Position numbers and translations under genes: made by a program
Shown here: in pieces, positions 26,813 through 40,673 of the stretch
Numbering within the stretch: the stretch's first letter is position 1
How the letters are laid out: each line of letters starts with the position of its first letter
Source: Octopus vulgaris
Lineage: Eukaryota
Direction: 5' to 3'
Assembly: GCA_951406725.2 (NCBI GenBank)
Contig: OX597824.1
Coordinates: 68,758,001-68,822,000, forward strand
Length of the DNA stretch: 64,000 nt
Notes under the pieces: generated by a model
Seen by the model: only the letters and a program-made list of their open reading frames with translations
What the model was told of the DNA's origin: nothing
The model's database searches: none

Positions 26813-27561
26813 CGTACATTGACACGCACATGCATAAATATATATGTGTGTGTGTGTGCCACTAACGTCAATACATCATCTTCGCGGACAACACATTAGA
26901 CCGAGACAGCTACCATTGCTAACTCTATAGGAAGCCGAACGAATAGTTAATATACATTAACTCTATACATGAACTCTAACCACCTACCAATGTAATATGC
27001 ACAAATTAATCGGTAATTTGAGCAGGAAGATATCTATCTGATATATAATATAGAGCCGGAGTCACAACAGAAAGTTCTCGTAGCGCCACCTATCAGAAAT
27101 TTTCAGCAAATTGTTCAGACATTATATCTAATCTTTCACCTATATTTTCTTGTCCTGCAAAGAATAACAACAGATTCCTAGACGCCTGTTTCAATGATTG
27201 AGGAATAATGAAAAGATTTGACATAGATATGAAACAATTATTTCTGGTGGAGCCCCAGCATGGCCACAGTCTCTGTCTGAAACCGATAATAGAATAATGG
27301 AATAATACAGGAGTAAGCTAGAACATTTTGGGGTGTAGTATGGGTGTGTTGATAGGGGTGGGGAACAGTCAATTATATCGATCCTAATACTTGACTACTG
27401 CTTTATTTTTATCGGTCTAGGAATAACAGAAGTCCAAGTTGACTGCCAGGATTTGATCCGTACTGAGCATGGAAACTTCCGCAAGGAACAAACACCACAA
27501 GGAATTTTTTCCGAGCCTATAACAATTCTGTCAATCTACTCTCCTTAATAATAATAATAAC

Positions 27562-27653
<92 letters not shown>

Positions 27654-27673
27654 CAATAATAACAATAACAATA

Positions 27674-28055
27674 ATATGCAAATGTGGAAAAATAATGTGG
27701 AACCTGAAGACTAAAACAATACCTGTTGTCATAGGTGCCCTGGGAATGCTAGCAAAAGGGGCTGATGGCTACCTAACTCAGATACCAGGAAACCCAAAAA
27801 TGGCAGAAATTCAAAAGATAGTGCTCATGGGAACTGTTCATATCCTACGCAAAATACTTTCTATGTAATCTCAAGTTTTAAAACAAACATAATTTTTTAA
27901 TGCTTTTTTTAAACATTCACTAGTACAACACTAAGTACAAAACCAAATATATGACACCCTTGGCATAACACCTACATGAAATTCCAACTTGTTGTCTCTT
28001 GAGGTCTCTGGGTGAGACTTGGAGCCAACTCGTACAAATGTAAAGCAAAAGTCAA
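27674..28055 (+). mobile_element. 3' end of an R4/Dong-type LINE (ORF C-terminus plus 3' UTR) in (AAT)n
   Basis: MWNLKTKTIPVVIGALGMLAKG...IQKIVLMGTVHILRKILSM*; the UTR end recurs at ~31095-31180. Confidence 0.85.
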
Positions 28056-28122
28056 AGTCAACCTCGCCGGAATTTGAACTCAGAACGTAAATATAGACGA
28101 AATGTCGCTTAGTATTTTGTCC

Positions 28123-28243
28123 GCTATTATTCCCTAAATGAGTTTTCTTACACTAACGTTGCTTTCATAAAGAGAACAACCCAGGAGAAAGCATTAAGTA
28201 TTATTATTCATTATTATTATTATCATTTTTATTATCATCATCA

Positions 28244-28307
<64 letters not shown>

Positions 28308-29367
28308 CATTATTATTATTATTGTTGTTGTTGTTGTTGTCGTGTTGTTATTATTATTACTACTATATTGCGCATGTGTAACGCTACAACGGACATACTT
28401 GGCAAATAACATTTGCAATTTTATATAAGTATATATATATATGTGTGTGTATGCAATATATACATATATACATGGACGTATATATATATATATATATATA
28501 TATAAACGTACATTCTTATAGATGTATATCATTATAAATTCATATGCAAATATACCTACCCAGCTATCCTATACGCATTTCTATGTATGCATATGCAAAT
28601 GCATGCATACATACATACATACATACATACATACATACAAAAACAAAAGACGAAGACAGGTGTAGGAACAACAAGCAAGTGTATTAGTTTGACGCTCGGG
28701 AAAAATGGAAAAGTCTTTGACGTTTCGAGCCTACGCTCTTCGACAGAAAAGAAGAAGAAAATGCGTGCGTATATATGTATATACACACGCGTGTGTGCGT
28801 GTGCAATTCTAAATGTATGTATATATATGTAGAAGGTTGAAAATGAACACAAGAGTTGATATATATGGAAAAAAATTTAAGGTAGAAAACGCTAAAATAA
28901 TTTTACAAGAAACATTTCAGTACCGGTTTCAGTCATTGAAACTTTTTCAACTCTGAGTATGGAAAACAATTAAATTTTGTAAAAGTTAAAAGAAAACTTT
29001 TTAAAAGAATATTTATGCAGTATTCAAAAGAATATAGTTTTAAAAGAATATTTGCATAGTATTCTTGTGGGTTCGAGGTCGGACCTCGAACCCACAAGAG
29101 TAAACAAGAGAGACAGAGACAGGCAGAAACAAGGAAAATGCCCCTTGTATTTGAATACTTATGCAAATATTCTTTAAAAATCTTTTCTTTTAATTTTTTC
29201 AAAATTTAATTGTTTTCCATACTTACAGGTGAAAAAGCCTCAATGATTGAAAGCAGTACTGAAATGTTTTTTATAAAATTATTTTAACATTTTCTACCTT
29301 GATCTTTTTTCATATATATACATACATACATACATACATACATACATACATACATACATACACACAC

Positions 29368-29445
<78 letters not shown>

Positions 29446-30031
29446 TTTATTTAAAAGCAGCAGAAATATTACAAAAGCTGTTACTCAGAGTTTCACATTC
29501 CCGTTGTCGGACATTTTTTAAAAATAAAACTGTCCCACGAACGGGAACGTGAAACTCTGAGTAACAGCTTTTGTTATATTTCTGGTGCTTTTAAATAAAG
29601 CATATTACTCTACCACTGGTATTAGAGTAGTCTTTTTTCCATCTTGTTTCCTATTTATGTGCTTACTCCGGTGTATGTATGTATATGTGTGTATGTGTGT
29701 GTGTGTATATGTGTGTGTGTGTACGTTACTGAAAGTGACAAAGGGCATTAGTCAGCACCAATATTGCTAGAAATAACAGTCAAATCTACTCATAACCTCA
29801 GAAAGCACTTATGACTGACGTCTATATTTCTGCCTTTCAGTTGTTAATTGCGAATAAGCCACCATTGCCATATATGCGCGTGCGCGTGTGCATAGATATT
29901 TAATGCGTCTATTAAATGACTATCTCTCTGTAGGTTGAGTATATTTTTACCTCAATAATAATGGATCAGTACATTATATATATATAAATATATATACATG
30001 CATATATACATATATGTATATAAATACCTTC

Positions 30032-30076
<45 letters not shown>

Positions 30077-30109
30077 TACACATATATACTTTATATATAT
30101 GTATAATTC

Positions 30110-30191
<82 letters not shown>

Positions 30192-30801
30192 GAAAGATGA
30201 ATAATCTTGTAGTAGATTAATCAAAAGTTTAATCAAAAGTTTAACCGATACCTTAGTAGCAAAAATCACAGCAGTAAAACAGCACGGTTGGAGGTACAAC
30301 CATATGGTGTTGCAACCGTGCGTTGGTGCGGATAATTGAAATTAGAACATTATTGGTGAATTGAAGAAATGGAGCTGAACGCAGATTGAACAGAAATCGT
30401 TTTATTTCATTCTACACGTGTTTCGAAAGGCACAAATTACCAAAATCCGATGGAATAATGGGACCATATTGTGTCTTTCTTTCAGGAAGAAAATAGGAAA
30501 TCCGTTGGAAAAACAAAAACAGAACAGAGGCGGAGCAAAAACAAATCGAACTATGCTCCTAAGCCCCATGGCGAAACAGTTTCGCCATGGGCTCTTAGGA
30601 GCATAGTTCGATTTGTTTTTGCTCCGCCTCTGTTCTGTTTTTGTTTTTCCAACGGATTTCCTATTTTCTTCCTGAAGAGAAAGACACAATATGGTCCCAT
30701 TATTCCATCGGATTTTGGTAATTTGTGCCTTTCGAAACACGTGTAGAATGAAATAAAACGATTTCTGTTCAATCTGCGTTCAGCTCCATTTCTTCAATTC
30801 A

Positions 30802-30862
<61 letters not shown>

Positions 30863-30991
30863 AATATACACATATATACTTTATATATATGTATAATTAT
30901 ATATATATGCATACATATATATACATATATGTAACGTTAGTGTAAGAAAACTCATTTAGGGAATAATAGCTGACAACTGAGGACAGACATT
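28123..30991 (+). repeat. Second copy of the duplication, ending in a 59 bp inverted copy of the donor start
   Basis: 30933-30991 is the reverse complement of 24708-24766; the block splits a SINE B copy (28050-28122 and 30992-31008). Confidence 0.9.
30186..30807. mobile_element. Near-perfect 457 bp palindrome with hammerhead plus a one-sided 165 bp tail, in (TA)n
   Basis: 30351-30807 is symmetric about A30578; canonical CTGAAGA (30672) ... GAAA (30734) cacgtg TA (30744-30745). Confidence 0.9.
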
Positions 30992-31008
30992 TGTCAGCTC
31001 ACCGTCTT

Positions 31009-31068
<60 letters not shown>

Positions 31069-31689
31069 AAAAAATAATAATAATAATGATAATAACATGA
31101 ACTTCTAACTTGTCTCTTGAGATCTCTGGGTGAGACTTGGAGCCAACTTGTACAAATGTAAAGCAAAAGTCAAACATAAAATAATAACAACAAAAACAAT
31201 AATAATCCTTTCTCTTATAGGCCCAAGGCTTGACATTTTTGGGTAGGGATTAAGTAGATTACATTGACCCCAGTCTTCAAATGGTATTTAATTTATCTAC
31301 CCCGAAAGGATAAAAGGCAAAGGAATTTGAACTCAGAACGTTGCGGCAGACGAAATACCGCTAAGAATTTAGTCCGGCGTGCTAACGATTCTGCCGGCTC
31401 GCAGCCTTGATGATAATGATAATAATCCTTTCTACTGGAAACACAGGGCCTCAAATTGTGGGGGAAGGGATTAAGTCGATTTCATCGACCCCGGTGCGTA
31501 ACTGGTACTAATTATATCGACCCCGAAAGGATGAAAGGCAAAGTCAACCTCGGCGGAATTTGAACTTAAAACCCTAACGGCAGAGGAAATACCGCAAAGC
31601 ATTTCGCCCGACCTGCTAACGATTCTGCCAACTCGCCGATAATAATAAAAAATTTGCTACTAGGCATTTTGTCACTGATTCCTAGGCCT

Positions 31690-33100
31690 CAATAATAAAC
31701 AGAAATATTACGAATTAATTTCAGTTCTAGTAACTGAGGAGTGCATGCTTTAAGTCGGTATGATGCTGTACTTTTTCTTTCGCATTTCCTTCTACTTTGA
31801 TGTAAAGTGGACATTTCACGTACTTTCTTCTTGTCAATAACAACAGTATCTGAGCTTCTATATTTTTTCCTTCTTTCGGTTTGAATAGGAAATATCCACA
31901 ACTCCCTCAATTCATCCTTTTTAAGGGATCGTAATTTTATTCTCATAGAATGCTTGTAGTTCTATTCTTATTTCTTTATTGCCCACATGGGGCTAAACAT
32001 AGAGGGGGACAAACAAGGATAGACAAACGGATTAAGTCGATTACATCGACCCCAGTGCGTAACTGGTACTTAATTTATCGACCCCGAAAGGATGAAAGGC
32101 AAAGTCGACTTCGGCGGAATTTGAACTTAGAACGCAACGGCGGACGAAATACCTATTTCTTTACTACCTAGAAAGGGCTAAACACAGAGAGGACAAACAA
32201 GGACAGACAAACGGATTGAGTCGATTAAATCGACCCCAGTGCGTAACTGGTACTTAATTTATCGACCTCGAAAGGATGAAAGGCAAAGTCGACCTCGGCG
32301 GAAGTTGAACTCAGAACGTAACGGCAGACGCAATACGGCTACACATTTCGCCCGGCGTGCTAACGTTTCTGCCAGCTCGCCTTGTAGTTCTATTCTGGGC
32401 AAGCAAAAGCAAATTTCTTGCAAAAAAATTCCAGCGAATTATTGCAGTAGTCATATCATAACCATATTGTTTTTCTTTTGTATTCATTCTGATCTGTGGA
32501 CATTCCAATACAATGTAGACTATGATCCCATTTGAACCATTACGCATTCTACACTCCTGCTGATCTATTATTCATCTTCTTAATCCAGTTTACCCTTAGA
32601 GCCTGTTTCTGCGCTGACAAAATCCTTCTATCGGTCTCTTTCTTCAGTACTCTCCAATTCTTTAGCCAGAGGCAACTGTCTATGTTTCCCTATTTTCTTC
32701 GTGTTTTTGAAAAAACAGAGAATGAAGTTTCTTTCTTTCAAAATTTGACCCCATCTTTTTCGCTTTCCCTGTTCTCCCTTTCTCGGTTCTAGATATTCTA
32801 AAATTGGTCGTCGTCGTCGTAGTCGTCGTCTATAATTAGTCCTTCTTACATTATCTTCTTCAGGAGTATTTCCCCTTTCTCTTCCTGATAGGATCATAGA
32901 CCTATCTTCTATACGTCTATTAACCTCTTAGACATTCATTTATCCACTCCCCCCCTGCTTTTCTCCCGGACAACCGGTCCACATCCGACAGGATATGTGA
33001 TTCGATTCTATACATTTCCTGTTGTTTTTCTGCCGATGTCCTTCAGTTTATCCGCTCTCCGTTCAATAATTCTTACTCTATATCTTACGAGTGATACAAC
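31690..33100 (-). pseudogene. Decayed R4/Dong-type LINE fragment interrupted by a SINE
   Basis: Minus-strand remnants HILSDVDRL..GG.G, SAQKQALRVNWIK, IVYIVLECPQI, AIIRWNF and LWIFPIQTERR...SDTVVIDKKK occur in the expected order. Confidence 0.75.
31969..32383 (-). mobile_element. SINE family B with duplicated body and a clear target-site duplication
   Basis: CTTGTAGTTCTATTCT at 31953-31968 and 32381-32396. Other family B copies lie near 870-1010, 12240-12423, 12540-12700, 31205-31640, 37410-37625, 38905-39117, 47690-47905, 48520-48735 and 63582-63780. Confidence 0.9.
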
Positions 33101-33140
33101 TCACAAGTTGATTTCAGGTCTTGTGTCTATAGTACAAATG

Positions 33141-33287
<147 letters not shown>

Positions 33288-33297
33288 TTCTTAATTG

Positions 33298-33959
<662 letters not shown>

Positions 33960-34730
33960 CGTCATCGTCATCGTCATCATCGTCATCGTCATCATCATAA
34001 TCATCATCATCATCATCATCATCATCATTATCATCATCATCATCATCATCATCATTATCATCATCATCATCATCATTATTTATAGGTCGGGCAGAATCGG
34101 TAGATTTCCATGTGTTATTCCGTCATGTCGCTGTCTCGTCGTTCAGTGTTTATATCTCGTCAAGGTCCAAGGTCGACTTCGCCTTTGATACAGCGTGAGT
34201 TCAATTCAATCAAGTACCTGTGAAATATGTACATGGTACGGACGTCATCAGCCAAGCCCCCTTCATCACTGCCTTCCTTGATATTTCTGGACTTCTGTCA
34301 TCCTCCTCCTTCTCCTCCTCCTCATCATCACCATCATCATCATCGTCGTTATTATTATTGTTATTATTACCGTCAATATTTTGAATAACATTTGGCTTTT
34401 ATTGTTTGAGGAGGTGTGTGTGACCGGTCTGTGTGGGGGGTGTAGGAGCAGCACTGGGTTGAATGAAATACCATATGAAGTGTCGAATAAACATAAGCAC
34501 TTTCACACGTGCCCGCAATGTACACATACAGGCACACGCAATCACATAAACACACACACACACACGCACACACACACACATTCACTTTCACACACGCACG
34601 CACACATACAAACACACACACAGATACACACACACGCACGTACAAACGCGCGTACGTAAACACACACAAACACACACACATACACACGGAAAAGGAAGCA
34701 TATATAAACATACTTGCAGACACACGCACA

Positions 34731-34803
<73 letters not shown>

Positions 34804-35412
34804 ACATAAATACACGCGGGAATAGATACACGTGCGCGCATACAAAAGCAAAAACATGCGCGGATACAGAAGAATACACACACACACACAAACACACACA
34901 CACATGCGCGTCTGTGTTCACGTACACGCATACACGTATGCACGCACAGAGAAATACATGTGCGGACATACACGCTACTTGACGTTCGACCGCGAATTAC
35001 ACTCAGACTCGGACAAACAAAGAACAGACACCTTCAAGTAACAAATGCCTTACAAGAACAACACGGCACATGGCTCATGCCACATGGCACACGACACGCG
35101 ACGTACACAAAAACAGACTTCTTCGGGCTTTGTAATTATTATTTTTGTTGTCCTCTCATCAAATGTGAAATGAGGTTTTCTTTGGCAAGGGGGATCAAGT
35201 CAAGCGTGGAATATGAAAGCATCGAGGATGACACTTGCATCACAATCGGTTTCTTTGTGTTCATAAACAACACCAGCCACCACCATAGCAAGTACTACCA
35301 CAATAACTCTAATGAATGAGTGTAATGCATGTGGCCAGGCGATTTGCTAGAAACAGAAGCTAAATCAGAACTCGTCCTATCGTTTTAAATCATGGAAGAA
35401 AAGTTAGATACT

Positions 35413-35650
35413 AGGCCCGGGCGTGGCTGCGTTGGTAAAACGCTTGCTTTCCATCTACGTAACGTTGGGTTCACTCCCGCTCCGTGACACCTTGGGCAAC
35501 TGTCTTGTACGTAGTCTCTGGCCGATCAAGATCTTGATCGGAAAGTGCAAGAAGCCAGTCGTACGTATTTATGTATGTATGTATGTATGTATGTATGTAT
35601 GTATGTATGTATGTATGTATGTATGAGATGTATGTATGTATGTATGTATG

Positions 35651-35681
<31 letters not shown>

Positions 35682-35935
35682 GAATGTGTATGCATGCATG
35701 TGTGTTAGAGAGTGTGTGTGTGTGTGTGTTTGAGCGTGGATACATGAGTTTTTGTGTCATGCTTCTCACTCCTCTAAAGAAATGAACACCCATTGACAAC
35801 CGATGTTGGGTTGTTTACGTCCCAGTAACTTAGTGTTTAGGCAAAATAGACCGCTAGAAAAATACCAGGCCTGACTAAAATCTTCAAGGCAGTGCGTTAG
35901 CATGGTCGCGACCTAAGGACTGAAACAAGCAAAGG
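35413..35935 (+). mobile_element. SINE family A, strongly diverged
   Basis: Recognisable head, GACACCTTGGGCAA body and GACTGAAACAAG tail. Confidence 0.7.
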
Positions 35936-36935
35936 TTAACGTCGATCTGCACATCCCTTGAAAAAACACGATGGTCGCACTTGGAATCCCTTGCATCCTA
36001 GGACCGCTCGACTAGAAGCTTAAAACAACAACAATAATAAGTACAGTATGAGGAAAGCTTGACCAACAAGAAATAACAGTCAAATCTCACTCCTGTCACA
36101 CATTATTGATTCAAATTTTGGCAATTCAAGTTCAGCAATTTCGGAGATGGGATAGATAAATCGATAACATCAACGCCAGTCCTCAACTGATAGTCATTTT
36201 ATCGACTCCGAAAGGATCAAAGGTAAAATGGATCTCAGCGGAATTCAAACTCAGAACTTCAAGACAAACATCATCATCATCATCACCACCACCACCACCA
36301 AAACCAACACCGCCACCACCACCACCACCAAAACCACCACCAAAACCACCACCACCACCATCACCATCACCAAAACCACCACCGCCACCACCACCACCTT
36401 CTTCTTTTCTTCTTCTTCTTCTTCTTCTTCTTCTTCTTCTTCTTCTTCTTCTTCTTCTTCTTCTTCTTCTTCTTCTTCTTCTTTCTTCGTCTTCTTCTTC
36501 TTCTTTCTTCTTCTTCTTCTTCTTCTTCTTCTTCTTCTTCTTCTTCTTCTTCTTCTTCTTCTTCTCCTCCTCCTCCTCCTCCTCCTCCTCCTTCTTCTTC
36601 AATAACTAAAAGAAGTGCTTCTCCACACGTGTAAAGTGGCTTTCCATTTAATGTCTTCGCCTTCTTCTGTAATGTTTGTCTAGAAAGCTTTTGTCTCTTC
36701 TTTATAGTCATTGGGTTCTTGTGTTCTTCCCCCCCCCCCTTCCTGCTGGTTTTATTACCCATCCGGCCATTGAAGTTGAAGATTGTGACGAGGGAGCAAG
36801 CATTCTTTATTGATGTTAATGTTTCAAAGATTTTAATGAACCGAAAGAAATGAAATGAAATGAAATGAAATGCGTCCCCCTTAAAGATAAAAAGAAAACA
36901 AATAAATAAATAAATAAAATATAAAAATAACGAAA

Positions 36936-37102
36936 TAGGTGCAGGAGTGGCTGTGTGGTAAGTAGCTTGCTAACCAACCACATGGTTCCGGGTTCAGTCC
37001 CACTGCGTGGCATCTTGGGCAAGTGTCTTCTGCTATAGCCCCGGGCCGACCAATGCCTTGTGAGTGGATTTGATAGACGGAAACTGAAAGAAGCCTGTCG
37101 TA

Positions 37103-37161
<59 letters not shown>

Positions 37162-37325
37162 TTGTGTGCTGGTGTGTTTACATCCCCGTCACTTAGCGGT
37201 TCGGCAAAAAGAGACCGATATAATAAGTACTGGGCTTACAAAGAATAAGTCCCGGGGTCGATTTGCTCGACTAAAGGCGGTGCTCCAGCATGGCCGCAGT
37301 CAAATGACTGAAACAAGTAAAAGAA
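36936..37325 (+). mobile_element. SINE family A
   Basis: GGTGCAGGAGTGGCTGTGTGGTAAG ... CAAATGACTGAAACAAGTAAAAG. Confidence 0.9.
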
Positions 37326-37625
37326 AAAAATAAAATAAAAATAAAAATACGACCGGACGCACAACATAGTTGAAGAACGAACCCTCAGAAAAATTAATAA
37401 TAATAATAATAATTTTCTACTCCAGGCATAAGGCCCGAAAGTTTTGGGGAGGTGCTAGTCGATTAAGATCGTATTCCAGTACGCAACTGGTACATAATTT
37501 ATCGATCCCGAAGGGATGAGCGACAATGTCAACCTCAGTGGAATTTGAACCCAGAACGTAGCGATGGGCGAAATACCGCTAAGCATTTCGTCCGGTACTC
37601 TAACAATTCTGCTAGCTCACCACCT

Positions 37626-37675
<50 letters not shown>

Positions 37676-37694
37676 ATAATAATAATAATAATAA

Positions 37695-38198
37695 TGGAAG
37701 TGTTATCATGTACATTGTTCTGTCTTGGTATAAAAGATGGGCTACAGCAAATATTCTACTCAATACCACAGATTTGCTTGTCAGTTGTTTGACCGTAACC
37801 AGTTGAGCATGTCCCCTAGTGGCTGACGATATGTGCATCTCTGATCACGAGCAGAAGTAGTGGGGGAGCATCATAGCCATGTGTTGAGAGGGATTCTTTG
37901 GGGTTTGAATAATTCACCTCTGGAGACATGGGTGGGTTTTTCAACATCCTTAAACAATCCTTATTCAGGGACCGTTTGAGCGGGATGGGCTACTCAACCT
38001 GAAGAAAATTCTAACTGGGCCCCACCTGCAAGGTCATGTGCAGTTTATCTTGATATGAGATCACCATGCCGCGCACATATGGTTGTGATGCATGTGCCTG
38101 GTATGCCCTTATCAGACGGGTAGTCATGATGGGTATATTGGGCTTCGTATATTTTACCCCAGTGTCACTTTGATGGCATGAACTGCTCTCTCACTCAA
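37695..38198 (+). mobile_element. Family C repeat, 5'-truncated
   Basis: Collinear with 49866 onwards; begins and ends in (AAT)n. Confidence 0.85.
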
Positions 38199-39417
38199 TA
38201 ATAATAATAATAGTAATAATAATAATAATAGTAATATGATGATGATGATGATGATAATAATTGTTTCACACAGTGGTGGAGGTGGTGAGCTTTAGTTATC
38301 TAATCGATACCAGTTTTTCGACTGGTACTTTCTTTTATTGACACCGGAAGGATGAAAGGCAAAGATGGTCCCCATGAAATTTCGTCTCACATAGTCACAA
38401 GGCGACAAATTTAGGAGGGAGAGATTAAATCAGCCACGATACTTGGCTGGTTCTTTCTTTTAAGACAACCGATGAAGTAGGCCGAAACAATGACCGTAAC
38501 TAACTACGGCATGATAATTTATCGGACGCTTTAATAATCTAGCAATCCAAAGCTTTTCTAAGATAATCTTCAAGCTAGATATTTTGGTGGTGAGAGGACG
38601 TATTCGTTTAGATCAGCGGTTCTCAACCGGGATTCCCTATAAGATTTTGGTGTAAAATGTTAGCCTTGTGCAAAAAGTAGAAATGATTATTTTGGTTGAG
38701 TTTGGTAGGTGTATATCGTCTAGAAGTTATCTAGAAGCGCGTTTATCTTACTCAGAAATCTGTGGTTGTTTACTAATATAAGAAATCCTTTCGTGGATTT
38801 AAATATGTACTAGGTATATATATATATATTGAGGCCGCTCTATATGTCTTTATTCTTTCCATTACAAACCTGCTGCCTTGTGCTAATAAGTTTCTGGAGC
38901 ATTAATATCCTTTCTGCTATAGGCACAAGACCTGAAATTTGGGGGTAAGGAGCTAGTCGACTGCATCGATCCCTTTGTCCAATTGGTATTTATTTTATCG
39001 ACTCAAAAAGGTTGAAAGCACAGTCGGCCCCCCGCGGCATTTGAACTCAGAACTCGGAAAAAAAACCCGCTACGCATTTTGCCCGGTGTACTAACGATTC
39101 TGCCAGCTCACCGCCTTTCTGGAGCATTAATTATCAATAAGGGAGAACCTGTACCCTTTTCGCTTTCTGGTCTCCAAGGAAAATTATATTTATCTGATAG
39201 AAATAGCAGCTAAGTCTCTTCCAAATCCCCCCCTTCTCTCTTTAAAGATATTTCACAGGTCAATGTAGCCTTGGATATACTAAGAGACTGAAAGATTATG
39301 GTTGCAGCCTAAATGATCATAGATCAACCAGAACACGACTGACGGTGAGGGCTAAACAAAATAACAACGAATATATATACACTGTACACCTGTAAATGTG
39401 TTCCTTAATATGTACTG

Positions 39418-39812
39418 CTTACCCACTTGCAAACAAATGTGGTAACATATAACAATATTGACCAAGGTTACCGTGGTCTTTTTCTTAGGCTTTTCTTCCC
39501 ACGGATAAACCTTACTTGCTTTCCCCTTTACACCATACATCATGACACTGTGATACACGATCCCTATTGATCGTTTTTTTCCCTCTCCCCCTTTCTTCCT
39601 CTTTTTTCTTCTTTTTTCATTTTTCTTTTCTTTTTTTCCCTTTTTTCTTTTCTTTTTTTCTTTTTTTCTTTTCCTATTTTTTTCTTAATTTTTTCCCTTT
39701 ACGATCCCTTTTGATCGAAAACCTACGCCACCTTTTTTTTCTCCTCCAAAAGAAAAGCTCTACCTTGTAACTTGTCCCACTGCGTGCAGCCCTGTGTGGC
39801 CAATAAAGAAAC
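39418..39812 (+). mobile_element. Solo 3' UTR of the Tx1-type LINE
   Basis: Highly similar to 42748-43118 (ACCCACTTGCAAACAAATGTGG ... CAGCCCTGTGTGGC.AATAAAGAAAC). Confidence 0.9.
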
Positions 39813-40092
39813 TTACCTTATGTAAAAATGATTTATATAAAACTTTTGTTTATGTAAAGAATCCCAGAAATGTTAATGTTTGACTTTACACCCAAAAATT
39901 GTGTCGCTCTACCGACACCACTTAAACAAATACAAAATCTGGGTCCTTGCATTCGTCCATGTTCACGTGTATCGAAAGTGAAACCCTATGTATTATTCAA
40001 TCTCCTTCCACCGCCATCCGTCTGTCTAACTGTCTGTCTATCTGTGCAATTTATCTATCTTCCTACATACCTATTCATCTATCTATCTATCA

Positions 40093-40176
<84 letters not shown>

Positions 40177-40360
40177 GTTTGTCTGTCTGTCTGTCCGTCC
40201 GTCTGTCTGTATCTATTTATCTGTGTCTATCTGTCTGTCTCTCTATTGATCGATCGGTCAATCAATCAATCAATCAATCAATCTATCTATCTATCTATCT
40301 ATCTATCTATATATATATATATATATATATATATCTATATATCTATCTATCTATCTATCT

Positions 40361-40610
40361 AACGCCAAACACGAAGGGTGTGTTGTCAGATGCGTGCTTT
40401 AAGGAACGAAGGTGTTGGAGCCGCGAGAGAAGCCCGGGTGGTAGAGGCGCAACAGGGCAACAAATCCACCATTCGTTCTCTGGTAGATGAACAGGGGCGC
40501 GAATTGCTCGAGCCAAGTAAAATGTGTGAGGTCTTTCAACAGCCCTTCCATCCGTCTGTCTAACTGTCTGTCTATCTGTGCAATTTATCTATCTTCCTAC
40601 ATACCTATTC

Positions 40611-40673
<63 letters not shown>

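Noticed and set aside
36367-36762. ORF MGNKTSRKGGGEEHK...
   Set aside because: Short unique part runs into (GAA/GGA)n repeats; no splice or homology support.
38465-38500. CCGATGA..GAAAC hammerhead-like string
   Set aside because: No stem I, weak stem II, no UH site; lies in decayed SINE-like sequence.
38612-38640. hAT-like terminus CAGCGGTTCTCAACC
   Set aside because: No matching second terminus or TSD found, so no element could be delimited.
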